A DNA stretch of 64,000 nucleotides from Eledone cirrhosa (taxonomy: Eukaryota). This document shows, piece by piece, positions 38,455 to 51,563 of this stretch. The first letter of the stretch is position 1; each line of letters starts with the position of its first letter. The position numbers and the translations under genes are program-made. The stretch is from assembly GCA_964016885.1 (NCBI GenBank), contig OZ024747.1:48298001-48362000 (forward strand), in the 5' to 3' direction. Under the pieces are notes generated by a model. The model did no database searches, was not told the origin of the DNA, and worked only from the letters and a program-made list of their open reading frames with translations.

Positions 38455-41090
38455 TCATCATCATCATTTTACGTCCGATTTTCCTTGCTTGCAATGGTGG
38501 GACGGGTCCTTTTCAGCACAGCATCTCTCCATTCGTCACGGCCCTTCATCATTTCCTCTGTGAGCTTCAGCGAGCTGAGGTCAGATCTCACAACATCCAC
38601 CCTTGATTTTCGTAGTCTTCCTCTATTACGTTTTCCTTCCACTGGGATTTCTTGGCTCTTCTGTACCCAGCGGTCATCTTTCATGCGCATCACATGTCCA
38701 TAGCAACGCAGTATTCTCTCTACTATACTATAGTTTATCTTTCTTATACACAGTTTCTCTCTCAACTCGTCTATGCTTTGTCGTTCACGCACATTGACAT
38801 TGCACATCCATCGGAACATGCTTGCTTCATTTCTCTCCAGCCGACACATATCCTCCACAGTTGCTGCCCATGTCTCACTACCATGCAGCATCGCGCATCG
38901 CACACAGGCATCCTATAACAAGCCTTTCGTTCGTAGGGTGAAACCCTTCTTTTTCAACAGAGGAAGCAGCTCCCTAAACTTCTTCCAACCCGTCCCTATT
39001 CTAAATATTATGGCCTCGGAGCATCCTCCTCGCTTTCTAATTTGATCACCAAGCTATCGGAAGCTATCAACCACCTCTATAGATCCTACCTGTATTTGAA
39101 AAATGTGTCTATCACTGATACTTCTACTATCAAATTTCCCTGAGCATCTACTACATATGTAATTTTCCCTACCTGTTAGTTTGCCTGCTAATCCACTACA
39201 CCTCTTTTGTACTCAAGATCAGCATTGTGTACATTTTATAGAATTTATGTCAACTCCTTTCCTACATATCTAACATGGCTATTTCCCTGATGGAATCAGA
39301 GTTTGTCCTCTTTTCTACTTAGCTAGGTTCACTCTCATGTTTCCATAGTCAGAATTTATTCTCTAGCTCCTCTACTGATTCTGCTATAAGTACCAGAACG
39401 TCAGCACAGAGAATTTCCCATGGACAGCCAGTCATAAACTCGTCTCTTATGGCTTGGAGGACTATAATGAACAAGAGCGGGCTGAGGGCCTAGTTTCCTT
39501 AGGGACCACCAGATGACAGATCGGGGTACTCTATCAAAGGCCTCTAGGTCAACAAAGGCTAAGTATAGTGGCTTATTCTTCTCTAAGAACCTCTCTAAGA
39601 ATATCGCTGCACCAGTCTTTGTGTATGATTCCGCCATATATAACTTGATTGACTATGCGTGCAACTAGTTTAGTTCCAAAAACTCCTAATGCCTTCAGCA
39701 TCTCAGTAACTATCCCTGACAGTCCAGTGGCCTTACCACTTTTCATTTCCTTAATTGCCCCTTTGACCCTATAGTCGTCAATCTCAAACCTCTGTCAGGT
39801 CTACTGGGGGTAGTTTCTTTCCCATTCATTCTCAACATTCACCAGTGTCTCATAATAACATTTCCAGGCCTCCTTTTTCTGAGCGTCAGTGACACTAAGT
39901 GCACCAGCATCATTTCGGACACACTTATCTCCAACAACATCCTGATTTACACTGACACTGTAATGCGGAACACTGCACATCTCTGATCTTCTCGTTGCAG
40001 AACATTGGCAAACATCCTACTCTCAGCGTCCCTGCATGCTAAGTACACCTGACATCTAGCCTCTCTTTTAGTGGCTGAGTATTGGTCTCTAGTCCCACCA
40101 TTTATCCAAGTCTTCCATGCTAGTCTTTTGTCTTTAATGGCTCTATCTATCATGCTGTTCCTCCACCAGGTCACCCTCAGGCTGGAGCAGAGATCCAACC
40201 ACAAGACTCTTCAGTAACCTGCAGAAAGTCGTCACTTAAGAACTTCCAGTTATCATCTATGTAATACGATTCTAACTCATCTTCTTTTTCGTCATACACA
40301 TCTTGAAGAGCTTTCCTGAATTTATATTTTAGTGAAAGGTCTTTTAGCTTTCAGTCCTTCCTTTTCCACACCTTCCTGTGTATCTCATTTTGTCTCTTGC
40401 TTATTGAGATGTCACTAACGACTAACCTATGTTAGGGGATACATTCTTCCCCGGGGTATACCTTAGTATTTGACACCATCTGTCTGTCTCGTTGCCCAAC
40501 TAGCAATAAGTCAATCTGGCTTATGTGCTCGCCTGATTGGTAGGTTATTAGGTGGTTGGTAGGTTTCTTAAAGTTAGTGTTGCAAATGGTTAGTTCACTT
40601 GCATCACAAAATTCAAGAAGCCTCAATCCTTCTTCGTTTCTTGAGCCATAACCATGACCACCATGTACCCCAGTGTATCCATGGTGGGGCTGTCCAACAT
40701 GACCATTGAAGTCACCTGCTAGTATAACTATGTCACTGTCCTCTGTCATTGTGGTTGTCTCCAGATGTTGCTCCTAAAAGCAGTCCTTCTCTTCTTTACA
40801 TAGGCCCGCTTGGGGAACATAGGTAGAGATAATTGTCAACAGTCTATAGTCTACAACTAATCTAATCTTAATTATTCTATTACATACTCTAACTACCTCT
40901 ATTGTCTTATTGGTTCACCTCTTGGCTAGTAAAATGCCTACTCCACCAAACCCATCATCATTTCCTACCCAGAGAAGCTTATAGCTAAGCTGTTTGCCTG
41001 CGATTAGACTTGCTGAGGCACCTCTCCATCTCACCTCTTGCACGCAGCACACATCTCAGGGTGCCAACATCAAGTGTGGCAACCCTGAGA
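38455..41090 (-). mobile_element. Second RTE family LINE, decayed, with (TGA)n tail
   Basis: LRVATLDVGTL, ILAGDFNGHVG, QIDLLLV, AFVDLEAFDRVPR, MLHGSETW, RCYGHVMRM, RGRLRK. Confidence 0.88.
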
Positions 41091-41399
41091 TGTGACGTCT
41101 TTCGTTGATTTTTCCTTTTCTGCAAAGAAAAATATTTATTTATAATCACGTTGCTGTGCGATTGCTTGATTACGGTCCCCACATAGCCGCACTAGCTACC
41201 CCACTACCGTGCGCAGCCCTAACAAGGTTAGTGTTAAATTCCACCCCACCCGTCCCTTCAATCTATCTTATTTCTCATTCTTTCTTCTGATGAAGGACTA
41301 GCGTCCAAAACGCTAAGACCCTCTTCCTGCTATTTCAAGCGTTAACCTAATATATCCCTTCCACATACTGTATTGATTGTGTTGTTATTTCTGTTTGCC

Positions 41400-41485
<86 letters not shown>

Positions 41486-41488
<3 letters not shown>

Positions 41489-41719
41489 GTGGTAGAACAC
41501 TGGTGGGGTATATCCGCAGTAGTAGAGCACTCACTCCATGGGATGAGTTTGGTAGAAGTAGTTCCACAACAGTTAATACACCATTTCCGAGAACAATTTG
41601 TTTCACCTCAAACGGATCATCAGCTCAGTTTTAAAAAAAATCGTAAATTGTGTATTAACTGTTGTGGACTGAGTGCTCTACTAATGTGGTTATAACCCTC
41701 CAGTCCTCTACCACTGTAT
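41486..41719. mobile_element. ~230-bp inverted-repeat element with internal HHR
   Basis: Arms agtggtaga..tagtagagcactca..tccacaacagttaatacac and gtgtattaactgttgtggactgagtgctctacta..tctaccact. Confidence 0.7.
41587..41628 (-). ncRNA. Minimal type-I HHR
   Basis: ctgag-CTGATGA-t-cc(gtttga)gg-t-GAAA-caaattg-TT-ctcgg. Confidence 0.7.
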
Positions 41720-41942
41720 CACGTGTTAATTCCTCCCTCTACCTATACAGATTTTCTCAGTTGCTGCAAACGCGTCAAGGAAACAGTCCTTTTTCCTGGG
41801 GTGTCTCTTGAAAAGCAGATTTGCCTTACAACGATGATGCATTTTATAATGCACAATGCTGCACACGGATCAGCGAAACTGCAGTCGGGATTTGAAGAAA
41901 AAATAGGTATATTTTCGTCTATTATGTCCTCATATTTTGTAA

Positions 41943-42022
<80 letters not shown>

Positions 42023-42849
42023 TGGTATATATATGTATATATGTACACACACACACATTGTTTTATAGTAAAGGTTTGATTTAGTTATCTAAAACAACGG
42101 TATAATATTGGTAGATGACACGGATAGAGAACACAAAAAAATATATCTAGCTTCTTGAGTACATAGTTACAACTTTTAACACAGACACAAAGGTCAGTGA
42201 GTTGTGTATGTGTGGGAGAGAGAGGTAGAGTGAGGTAGAGAGAGAGGGGGCGGGGGAGAAAGAGAGGTGGTGGACAGAGGTACGAAACAGTAAGTTGTTT
42301 ATTGACAGCAGAAAAACAAAAACAAAGTTGATATTGGCGTGTCCATAACGATGACTAAATAGCCAAATGTGGTTTGTCTGGTGCTCTGGTGCTCTACCAT
42401 TGTCTTCGGTTCTTATGTTTTACTGCAAAATACTTTTGATAGCAGTCCGGCTAAAACTGGCCCTGGTTCAATGAAAGAAAATCACAGATTTATTTTAATT
42501 AAAACCTTCCAACATAACTATGAAAACCTTTCATCAAATTATGTTGCTATCTTAATGAAATAATTAATAACTTTAATAAAGTCCTCCAAATGTTCCATTA
42601 ATTAATTAAAATACAGCGTATGTCATTAGAAATACAGTAATGAAAGATTTATTAAAATAAGGAAACTAAATATTTGTTAGTAGAGAACAATTGTTAGAAT
42701 GAATAACTTAAACATTTTGTAAATCATTCAATATTTGAGGAATTCCACCAACGAAATAAATTATTTCTAAGCAATAATAGTCTTTCTGCTATCGATGATC
42801 GGAAGATCGGGAGAATTAAAATTACTGCCGAGAGGCGATGAAAATAATA

Positions 42850-43008
42850 CAGACGCAGGCAATGTGGTCAAAGAGTTCACAACCATTTAGTTCTAGGCTC
42901 AATCCCGATTGAGTGACACATTGGGCAAGTGTTTCTTTCTATAGTCTTGGGTTGACCAATGTTTTATGAGTGGAATTTGGTAGACGGAAACTTCAAAAGC
43001 CCATCGTA
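42850..43008 (+). mobile_element. tRNA-derived SINE, family C (diverged)
   Basis: gtggtcaaagagttc..ggctcaatccc..ttgggcaagtgtttc..gagtggaatttggtagacggaaact. Confidence 0.65.
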
Positions 43009-43180
43009 TATATATGAGGTTCATTCTGTCATTACTACAACAGAAGTCCGACGAGCTTTTGATTCCAGAGTCGGGCCAGATCGATACAGATCGAACATTG
43101 AACTGATCAATAGCGAAACGCGCTTCACTACTCAATAAACGTAATGAAGACATAACAAATCGTCCTTTTTATTATATACG

Positions 43181-43583
43181 CTGACCAGTCTGTTCTGCCG
43201 GCTCCTCCTCCCCCTCCCTCTCACACATTGCCCTGCCATCTCCACCCTCATCATCCTCTCCTCCCACTCCTTTGACTTGACCATATTGACCACTTCCTGT
43301 TGTGCGCGCCCCATAACATTGCACTTCCTCCTCGCCATTTTATACCGACTCTACCACAAGGAATCTCTCACTCGGATATCGACGCCATCTTACCTTCGGA
43401 ACTTTACCATCCACATACATACACACCGACATCCATTCAGAAACTTAGACACACAGACACTTGCACCATTTTCGCACACACACAACTATACATTTCACAC
43501 GAACCCACATCTCCCTCCCACACCGCCTCCGGATCCCACACGATCTCCCCTCACACCATCCGACCCTTTTCCATCCACACACA

Positions 43584-43618
<35 letters not shown>

Positions 43619-44102
43619 ATACAGGGACTATACACACACAAACATACACTCCACTCCAACACACAGTGGTTTTTCAAAACCCACAATCACATACACCCGC
43701 TCTCCCTCAGACCCTCACACTTACATCCATGCATACACACACACACACCTTACCTTCTGCCAACTCCACTCGGACTCCATTTTTCTTTCCCCCTCTCTCT
43801 CCCCCTACACCCACCCCCATGCACCGCCACACCCATGCCCTCCCGGATCCATACACCCCCTTTTTTATAACTTTTATTTTCCACTTCATGTTCCATTTTC
43901 CATTTATTTTATTTCTATTTTTCTCGCTAACTCCCCCCTCACTCCTTTTCGGAGTTCCTCCCCCTATTCTCCTGATGAAGGGCTTATGCCCGAAACGTCG
44001 CACCCACACGCCCCACTCTCATCAAGCGTGAAACTAATAATATTTGAAACATTTACTCCTGCGTTTGTCTTTTTTTTTGTTTTTTGTTGTTGTTATTCCT
44101 AA
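43181..44102 (+). mobile_element. Solo 3' region/pLTR of the Neptune-like PLE
   Basis: Reverse-complement match to 51092-52025; HHR-like core at 43972-43999. Confidence 0.82.
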
Positions 44103-45129
44103 CTTCACACACACACACACACGTGTGTGTGTGTGTGTGTGCATGTGTGTCTGTATAGAGTGATGGTGATGGTGTTGATAGTGTTATAGATAGTAATTCT
44201 GATAGAAGTGATAGTGGTAGTGGTGGTGGTGGTGGTAGTATTCTTGATGGTAGTGTTGGTGTTGCCGGTAGTGAAGTGACAAACGGGAGACAGGTGGTGT
44301 ACGATTAATAAACATACGCAGAAAGAGGTAGTTTATCCAATGCCAACTGATAGTCCCTGGTGGTAAAGTGATAATCACTTAGAGTAGTGGGTTTGTGGTA
44401 GCGATGGTGTATTAATGGTTGTATGCTATAACGATGTACTGTCCCTTCAGGTGTGGTAGTAGTTTGGATGTGATAGTGATGTAGTAAGATTATATATTTC
44501 ATTGATACTTTAATTCCAACCTTTTGTAATTCTAAGATGGAAAGGATGATGGATAATAGAATCGGTAGAGCTTCGGACAAAATGTCAAGTAGTCTTTAGT
44601 TACGTCCTTCTTTCGGACTTATTTCTTTCATACTGACAGGGTTGGATTTAGACCTTATGGGAGCTCCTCTTGTATAAAATATTAGAATACATATCAAAGT
44701 TAGCTTGGCACAAGTAATTGGAATTGAAAATTAATACACACAGGTATTAATTAATACACACAGGTATTAAATTAAAAAATGCTAACCACCAGCTGAGGGC
44801 ACAAATAAATTGCTACGGCCGTCGTCGGTTGGACCCCCCCCCCACTGCAGGGGCCCCAGGGCAATTACCTTCTTTGCCTTTAAATCCGGCCCTACATACA
44901 GACCCACCATAAAATATTAATAAGAACTCAATCAAATACTTGCTTAAATCAGTGATACACAGAATTCTTGAGGTAAATTTCATGGATCACCAGATATATA
45001 TTTTTTTATTGCATTATTTAGTACAAAAAATATTTTACGTTAAGAAATTAATCATATGTCGTATAATAAGATAGACATAAATTTACTTCGACTTGATTCA
45101 GATTCTAAAATTAACTCGTAAAAATATTG

Positions 45130-46260
45130 GGATTGCCTTCATCTTACGAAACTCACCGTGAATCCCTAAAACTTTGGTGCGGACCAATGATGGTTCACTC
45201 AAACCACGTTGTGCATAATCAGCTTAAACCATATAGGCTCGCAAATCACCCACTAAAGCAATGTCCATGCCTGTAAAGTTTATCTCGAACTGGCAACGCT
45301 CTCCAGTAGCACTAACAGACCAGATATTTCTGGAAGTTATTCATTGCCTCTGGATCGAAGGTCCTCCGGAAGAGAATGGCTAGTTGGTTTTCGTTGATGC
45401 CCAGAGTTTCTCCAAGGATGTCATCGCTTTTGCTGATTGCTAATCTCTATATATAAAACTGAAGATGTCTGTGTGTGTGTGAGTTTGAATCCCTAAAACT
45501 CGAGAAGTACCCAACCGATTTTTTTCAAACTTTACATGTGTATTACTGATGTTTCAGGGAGTGTTATGCACATAAACAATTTTAGGGGTTTTTTGAGGCG
45601 TTACGTCAGATCGATTTCCTTTAAATTGTAACTATGTATTAGTCAGTCTCTTCTTCATACCGCGAGCAAAGAAAATCCAACTTTTTTATGAACTAGGGCC
45701 CGCATTGGGTGAAAAACTTCATTTCTTCAGTTTTTTAGGGCGTTACGTCTAGCCGATTTTCCCCAAATTTCAAGGCATATTATGCACATAATAAAAATTC
45801 ATTTTCTTGATCCCCTAGGGCCCGCATTAGGTGAACACCTGCATTTTTCCTGCCTCATCGAGGAAAATCTTAAAGATTATCCAGCCATCAGAGTATTCGG
45901 TTTATTTTCTTTACATATTGTCCAGGCATGCAGTTTTTCGACGATGTGGTCTGTTGGCGGCCCCGTTCCAAAATACCTTATCCCGTGCAACGCCGAGTAC
46001 CACTCCTAGTATAATATAAAACACCAAGGTAAAGTTTACACCAATCACAATGCCCGATTGGTAAAGGGCTGCGAGTACTTGAAGATATTCCAGTTTCTAA
46101 GCGCTCCCTCTAGGTCTCTGCTTGACACAGGATTGGAGCTACGTCAAGGAGACGAGCACGGGAAAAACGTGCTTTTCGAAAGTTCACCGTCGAGGAAAAT
46201 CAGGAGACATAGCCACAACGCATGTTTGCGCATCATCAAACATAATGATATCAGATTGAT
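45130..46260 (-). mobile_element. Old L1/Tx1 ORF2 fragment split by a Helitron
   Basis: NNFQKYLV..CYWRALPVRDKLYRHG; sequence after 46010 continues colinearly with ~5390-5460. Confidence 0.7.
45444..46009 (+). mobile_element. Non-autonomous Helitron
   Basis: A|TCtctatatataaaa 5' end; 3' hairpin cccgtgcaacgccgagt and CTAG|T; no TSD. Confidence 0.85.
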
Positions 46261-46279
46261 ACTTCATTCCTACCCCTTA

Positions 46280-46545
46280 TTACACACAATCGCTGCAACT
46301 CAATTTAGAATGATGCCATCACTTGATACTTAAGCATGAGCATCACAGACGTGGCTTTTTAGTCCAGCTAAGGACTTGCCTGTGGCCAGCAATACCATGC
46401 ATCGCAAAAAATGTCACATATCAAGCGAAGCCTGTCTGTGCTTGAAGCTTTTTTAAGCGAGGAAAGGCTTTACACAGGGCCAATCCTACTCTCTGCACAT
46501 CGAATGCATTTGCCCCAAAAGAAGAACTGGTCTACATCATTGGAT
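46280..46545 (-). mobile_element. Diverged bipartite RTE derivative
   Basis: gtggctttttagtccagc (AGLKSH), gccaatcctactctct, terminal gctgcaactc; paralog at 59200-59445. Confidence 0.7.
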
Positions 46546-46573
46546 GCAAACGAAGTTATTACGCATACACACG

Positions 46574-46661
<88 letters not shown>

Positions 46662-46662
46662 T

Positions 46663-46703
<41 letters not shown>

Positions 46704-46724
46704 TGTATGTATATACAAATATAA

Positions 46725-46878
46725 TGTGGTTGATCTTAGGAAGGGCATTCAACAGTAAAAAAAACCCTGTCGGAGACACTTCCGTACGAGCTAGACATGG
46801 TCTCCCGACCATTCCCGCATCAAATGGAACAAAACCGTCTAAGCCATGCTAACGTAGAAGATGATGAAGATGATAAAC

Positions 46879-46920
<42 letters not shown>
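46725..46920 (+). mobile_element. Short RTE-related SINE remnant with (GAT)n tail
   Basis: ttaggaagggcatt..aaacc and ccatgctaacgtagaa followed by (gat)n. Confidence 0.5.
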
Positions 46921-46972
46921 ACGAGTACATACTCTATATATGTGCACATACATATATAGATGTTAATATATG

Positions 46973-47155
46973 ATGGATGGCAGTATCGGTAGAGGGTCTG
47001 ACGCCATGCTTTGCAGCAAAGAGTTACGGCCCTTGCCATTCTGAGTTCAAATCCCGCCGAGGTTAACTTTGCCTTTCATTCTTACGGGGTCGATAAAATA
47101 AAGTACCAGTAATACACTGGGATAATAGCTGGCCTTGTGCCAAAAGTAGAAACAA
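46973..47155 (+). mobile_element. SINE family A, full length
   Basis: Box A-like tggcagtatcggt, box B gagttcaaatcc, core and tail as in the other copies. Confidence 0.88.
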
Positions 47156-47737
47156 TATATAATATACATGTTATAGCTGTATCAATGACCAGAGTTAGTC
47201 ATCACATGATCATAGCCTAAAATACCTACAGCTAGACTTTGTATGTTTATTATAATACACTGAACCATGCTGTGATCGTACTATTGCTAATATGAGGAGA
47301 AAATGGTATAGACCAGACTAATTAATTTTAATTTCAAGGAATTTAATTTCTTTGAATTACTAACTTTGCATAAGTTTCACTCTTTTGTGCTTTTTCTATA
47401 GTTACCTACTTTTACACTATCATAGTTAAATTCCAAATTACCTGCCCTTAAAGAGGTCTTATGTATTTTATAAATATCTCAAATCAACCTGTAGGGTAGC
47501 CATTTTTATCTTATATACAGGCTGAATGAGTTGGGGTGAAATTATTTCCTTTTCTCTAACATTCCCGTAGGATCTCAGGATCTCAGTCGGGTGTGAATTA
47601 TAGCAGTAAGACTGCTGGCAGTCACGTGGTTTTCCCAAAAGGAGGTAAACCCCAGTTTTGGCGATCGAAATTCAAATTTTGAATAAAGGAATAAATTCCT
47701 TTCCGCAAACCGAATAAAGCTCTCGACCACACGTTAT

Positions 47738-47848
47738 AGTTCAAATCCCGCCGAGGTTAACTTTGCCTTTCATCCTTACGGGGTCGATAAAATAAAGTAC
47801 CAGTAATACACTGGTTGATTGCTGGCCTTGTGCCTAAAGTAGAAACAA
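47738..47848 (+). mobile_element. SINE family A, 5'-truncated at box B
   Basis: agttcaaatcccgccgagg...gtgcctaaagtagaaac. Confidence 0.85.
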
Positions 47849-48085
47849 TTATTTCCTTTTCTCTAACATTCCCGTAGGATCTCAAAAATAGCCACGGGTA
47901 CAACCCTTTCTTGACTGCCTAGGGCATACGAAAATAAACTGTAGTTGTAAATTTAAGGTTTGTTTATTGTAACTGGAGTTATTTGGAAACACCCCGGAGA
48001 ATTCCCTCTCCGAGAAATATGGAGTCACTATATCTTTATTTACTATATTCAAGACTATTTAATTTAACGCCATCTCAACTGTGGA

Positions 48086-48123
<38 letters not shown>

Positions 48124-48250
48124 CAGGCAATCACGCACAAACACGCATGCCCACACACATCTAGCTTGTATGTATGTATACATATATATATATATACATA
48201 TATATATGTGTGTGTGTCTATGTGTGTGTAAATATATATACATATATATA

Positions 48251-48316
<66 letters not shown>

Positions 48317-48520
48317 TATATACATATATATAACAAATATATGTATATATATATATACATGTATCTATATATATATATATATAGATACATGTATATGAAA
48401 TACCAATGATCGTTGGCAAATCACTGATGAAGGACTAATTTTATAATATGTATTCCATGTGCAACCATGCAGTATTCTTCTCCCCATGTTTTTCATATAT
48501 GTATATATATATATACACAA

Positions 48521-48555
<35 letters not shown>

Positions 48556-48816
48556 CATAAATATATATACATAAATATATGTATATACACATATATATAT
48601 ATCCTGATTAGTTTTTTCGTTGTTTTGGTATTGTATGGCTGGGTTTTGCCTGCCGCAATTTTCAATTTGTCAAGCTATCTAAGCGTAAGTTATTACTCTA
48701 AGGTCCTCCTACCCTTATTGAGTGCTTTGCTACTCATTCCTTATTGTAGGTCGATTTTGCTTGGCCGTAGCCAAAGCTTCGATTTTACTTAACATCCACT
48801 TGTATATATATATATA

Positions 48817-49001
48817 GGAAAATGTTTAGCCCCGACGGCAGAGCTCAAGCCGTTTCGACGGGTATTTCTGGAAATAGCCGTCGAAACGGCTTGAGCTCTG
48901 CCGTCGGGGTTAAACATTTTCTTATTACCCACTCTACTACCCTAAGTATTGAGTACTCTGGTGCGTTATAGTCCATCTGGTTCCTTACCATACTTCCTTC
49001 G

Positions 49002-49003
<2 letters not shown>
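48817..49003. mobile_element. Short pLTR-like element with ~51-bp fold-back
   Basis: Arms 48819-48868 and 48871-48921 are near-perfect inverted repeats containing an HHR 3' half (GAAA-cggc..gccg-TC). Confidence 0.75.
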
Positions 49004-49063
<60 letters not shown>

Positions 49064-49068
<5 letters not shown>

Positions 49069-50390
49069 AAAAGGGAACGGGAACAAAACAGAGAGGCAGT
49101 ACGAACAAAGGTTTATTAGTTTCACGCTCTTGAGAGTGAGGGGGGGGGGGAGGGAACGACGTTTCGGGCATAAGCCCTTCTTCAGGCGAAAAGTGTGTGG
49201 GAAGAGAGTTCCGAGGGTGTGTAGGGGAGTGGAAGAGAGACATTTAGAAAAAAAAGGGGGGGGGGAACGGTGGAAGGGGTACAAATAAAAACAAAAAATA
49301 AATAAATAAACATGAAGATAAACAAGTGGTGGAAGGATGTGGGGCGTGTAGGGGTGGTGGCGGGTGGAGTGGGGAGAGGGAGGCGGGGTGTCCGAACAGG
49401 GAGGGCTGAAGGTGGTGTATGTGTGTAGGTGTACGTGTGTGTGTGTGTGTGTGAGTATGTGAGAGTTGGAGGAAGAACGAGGTTCCATGTTCAGGAAAAG
49501 GTGTGTGTGTGGGGTGGGGTGTAGGTCGGTGTGTGTGTGCGCGTGTGGATGGGGAGAGGTCAGTGGGATGGGGGATGGGGGGGGGGAGTATTCCGGAGGC
49601 TGAGTGTGTATATATGTGGGGGTACGCACGTGTGTGTGGTGTTTATACGTATTGTGGATGTAGGTGGCGTGGTTCGAAAAAAAATGTTTGTGAGTGTATG
49701 TCCGTGGGTAAGTTCCTAAGGTAGTTCCGTAGAGGATGTGGTGAGTTGCCGGATATTTTCCATGTGATGGAATTGATAGTGGGAACGATGGCCAATGGTG
49801 TGTAATCTGTGGTTGTGTTGGTCGGAAGAGGGGAGATGTGGGGTGCACGCGAAGCAGGAAGTAGTCAGAGGGTCAAGGCAGGAGGAAGGTAGAGGAGAAT
49901 GACAGGTGGAGAGGGCTGTGTATCTGTGTGTGCAGAGAAGTGGTCAGAGGGTCAAGGCATAGCAGCAGTAGAGGAGTATGGCAGGTGGAGAAAGTCAGTG
50001 TGTCAGTGTGTGCGGAGGTGCGGTGGACAGGGGAGAGGATGGGTAGGTGTGAAAGGTGGAGTGGGAGGGGGGTCGTGCCCGGGGATGGGGTGTGTATTAG
50101 TAGAGGTGTTAGTATTAGTGGGATGTGAAGAGGTTGGGGTGGAGCGGGGAGAGGGAGAGAAAGGTGTGGGGGACGGTGGAGGGAGTGTAGTGTACTGGTG
50201 TGTGTGTGCGTGTTTGGATGAGTGTGTGTGTGGTGAAGGGGTGGTAGTGGGTGTTAGTATACAGGTGGTGGGGAAAGGGTTGAATGCGGGAGTTTAGTGG
50301 GGGGTCAGTGGTGGTAGGATGTGTTGAGTGGGTGGTGTAAGTGTGTGTGTGTGTGTGTGTGTTCGTGTGTGGGGTCGGGGGGATGTTAGT
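49064..50390 (-). mobile_element. Related PLE pLTR/3' region (low-complexity, GT-rich)
   Basis: Shares cctgaagaagggcttatgcccgaaacgtcg and caagagcgtgaaactaataa with the 43970-44040 end. Confidence 0.65.
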
Positions 50391-50460
50391 GGTAATAATA
50401 TATGCATATATTATTCAAAATGTTAACAAATGAAAAATATTCTCATAATCAAAATATATA

Positions 50461-50522
50461 CTTTATTATATATATTTCAAAGGTACTGTGTTGTTTTTTC
50501 AGTACGTCCTCATCAGACAAAA
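50461..50522 (-). ncRNA. Type-I HHR candidate in a short element (50395-50685)
   Basis: ttttgt-CTGATGA-ggac-gtactg(11 nt)cagtac-cttt-GAAA-tatata-TA-ataaag. Confidence 0.6.
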
Positions 50523-50919
50523 TATATGATTTGATATATGACATACCGCTACGGTCTTGATTATTCAATTCCAGTATTGGCAGTTAACATTTTGAATAAT
50601 ATTAAAAACTCTTTGTTGAGTGCTTCTAATCTATTGTAAAATTGTATACGTTGAGTAATCAACGAGCCATACTAATCTTTGGTTATATGTGTATATATAT
50701 ATATGTATATGTGTATATATATATATATATATAACGAAGGAAATGTGGTAAGGAAATGTGGTAAGATGGACCATAACACACCAAAGTACTCAATACTTAG
50801 AGTAGTAGAGTGGGTAATAGGAACGAGTAGGACCCCTCATTCCTATATATATATATGGGAAAATGTATGACCCCGACGGCAGAGCTCAAGCCGTTTCGAC
50901 GGCTATTTCAGTCCTTCGT

Positions 50920-50993
<74 letters not shown>

Positions 50994-51004
50994 CATATGT
51001 ATAT

Positions 51005-51039
<35 letters not shown>

Positions 51040-51091
51040 CATACACACACACACTCACACACACATATATATATAAATATAATTTATATAA

Positions 51092-51526
51092 TTAGTTTCA
51101 CGCTTGATGAGAGTGGGGCGTGTGGGTGCGACGTTTCGGGCATAAGCCCTTCATCAGGAGAGTGGGGGTGGAGGAACTCCGAGAAGGAGTGAGGGGGGAG
51201 TTAGCGAGAAAAATAGAAATAAAATAAATGGAAAATGGAACATGAAGTGGAAAATAAAATTTATTAAAAAAAAGGGGTGTATGGATCCGGGAGGGCATGG
51301 GTGTGGCGGTGCATGGGGGGTGGATGGAGGGGGAGAGAGAGGGGGAAAGAAAAATGGAGTCCGAGTGGAGTTGGCAGAAGGTGAGGTGTGTGTGTGTGTG
51401 TGTATGCGTGGATGTAAGTGTGAGGGTCTGGGGGAGAGCGGGTGTATGTGATTGTGGGTTTTGAAAAACCATTGTGTGTGTTGGAGTGGAGTGTATGTCT
51501 GTGTGTGTATAATCCCTGTACGAGTG

Positions 51527-51563
<37 letters not shown>

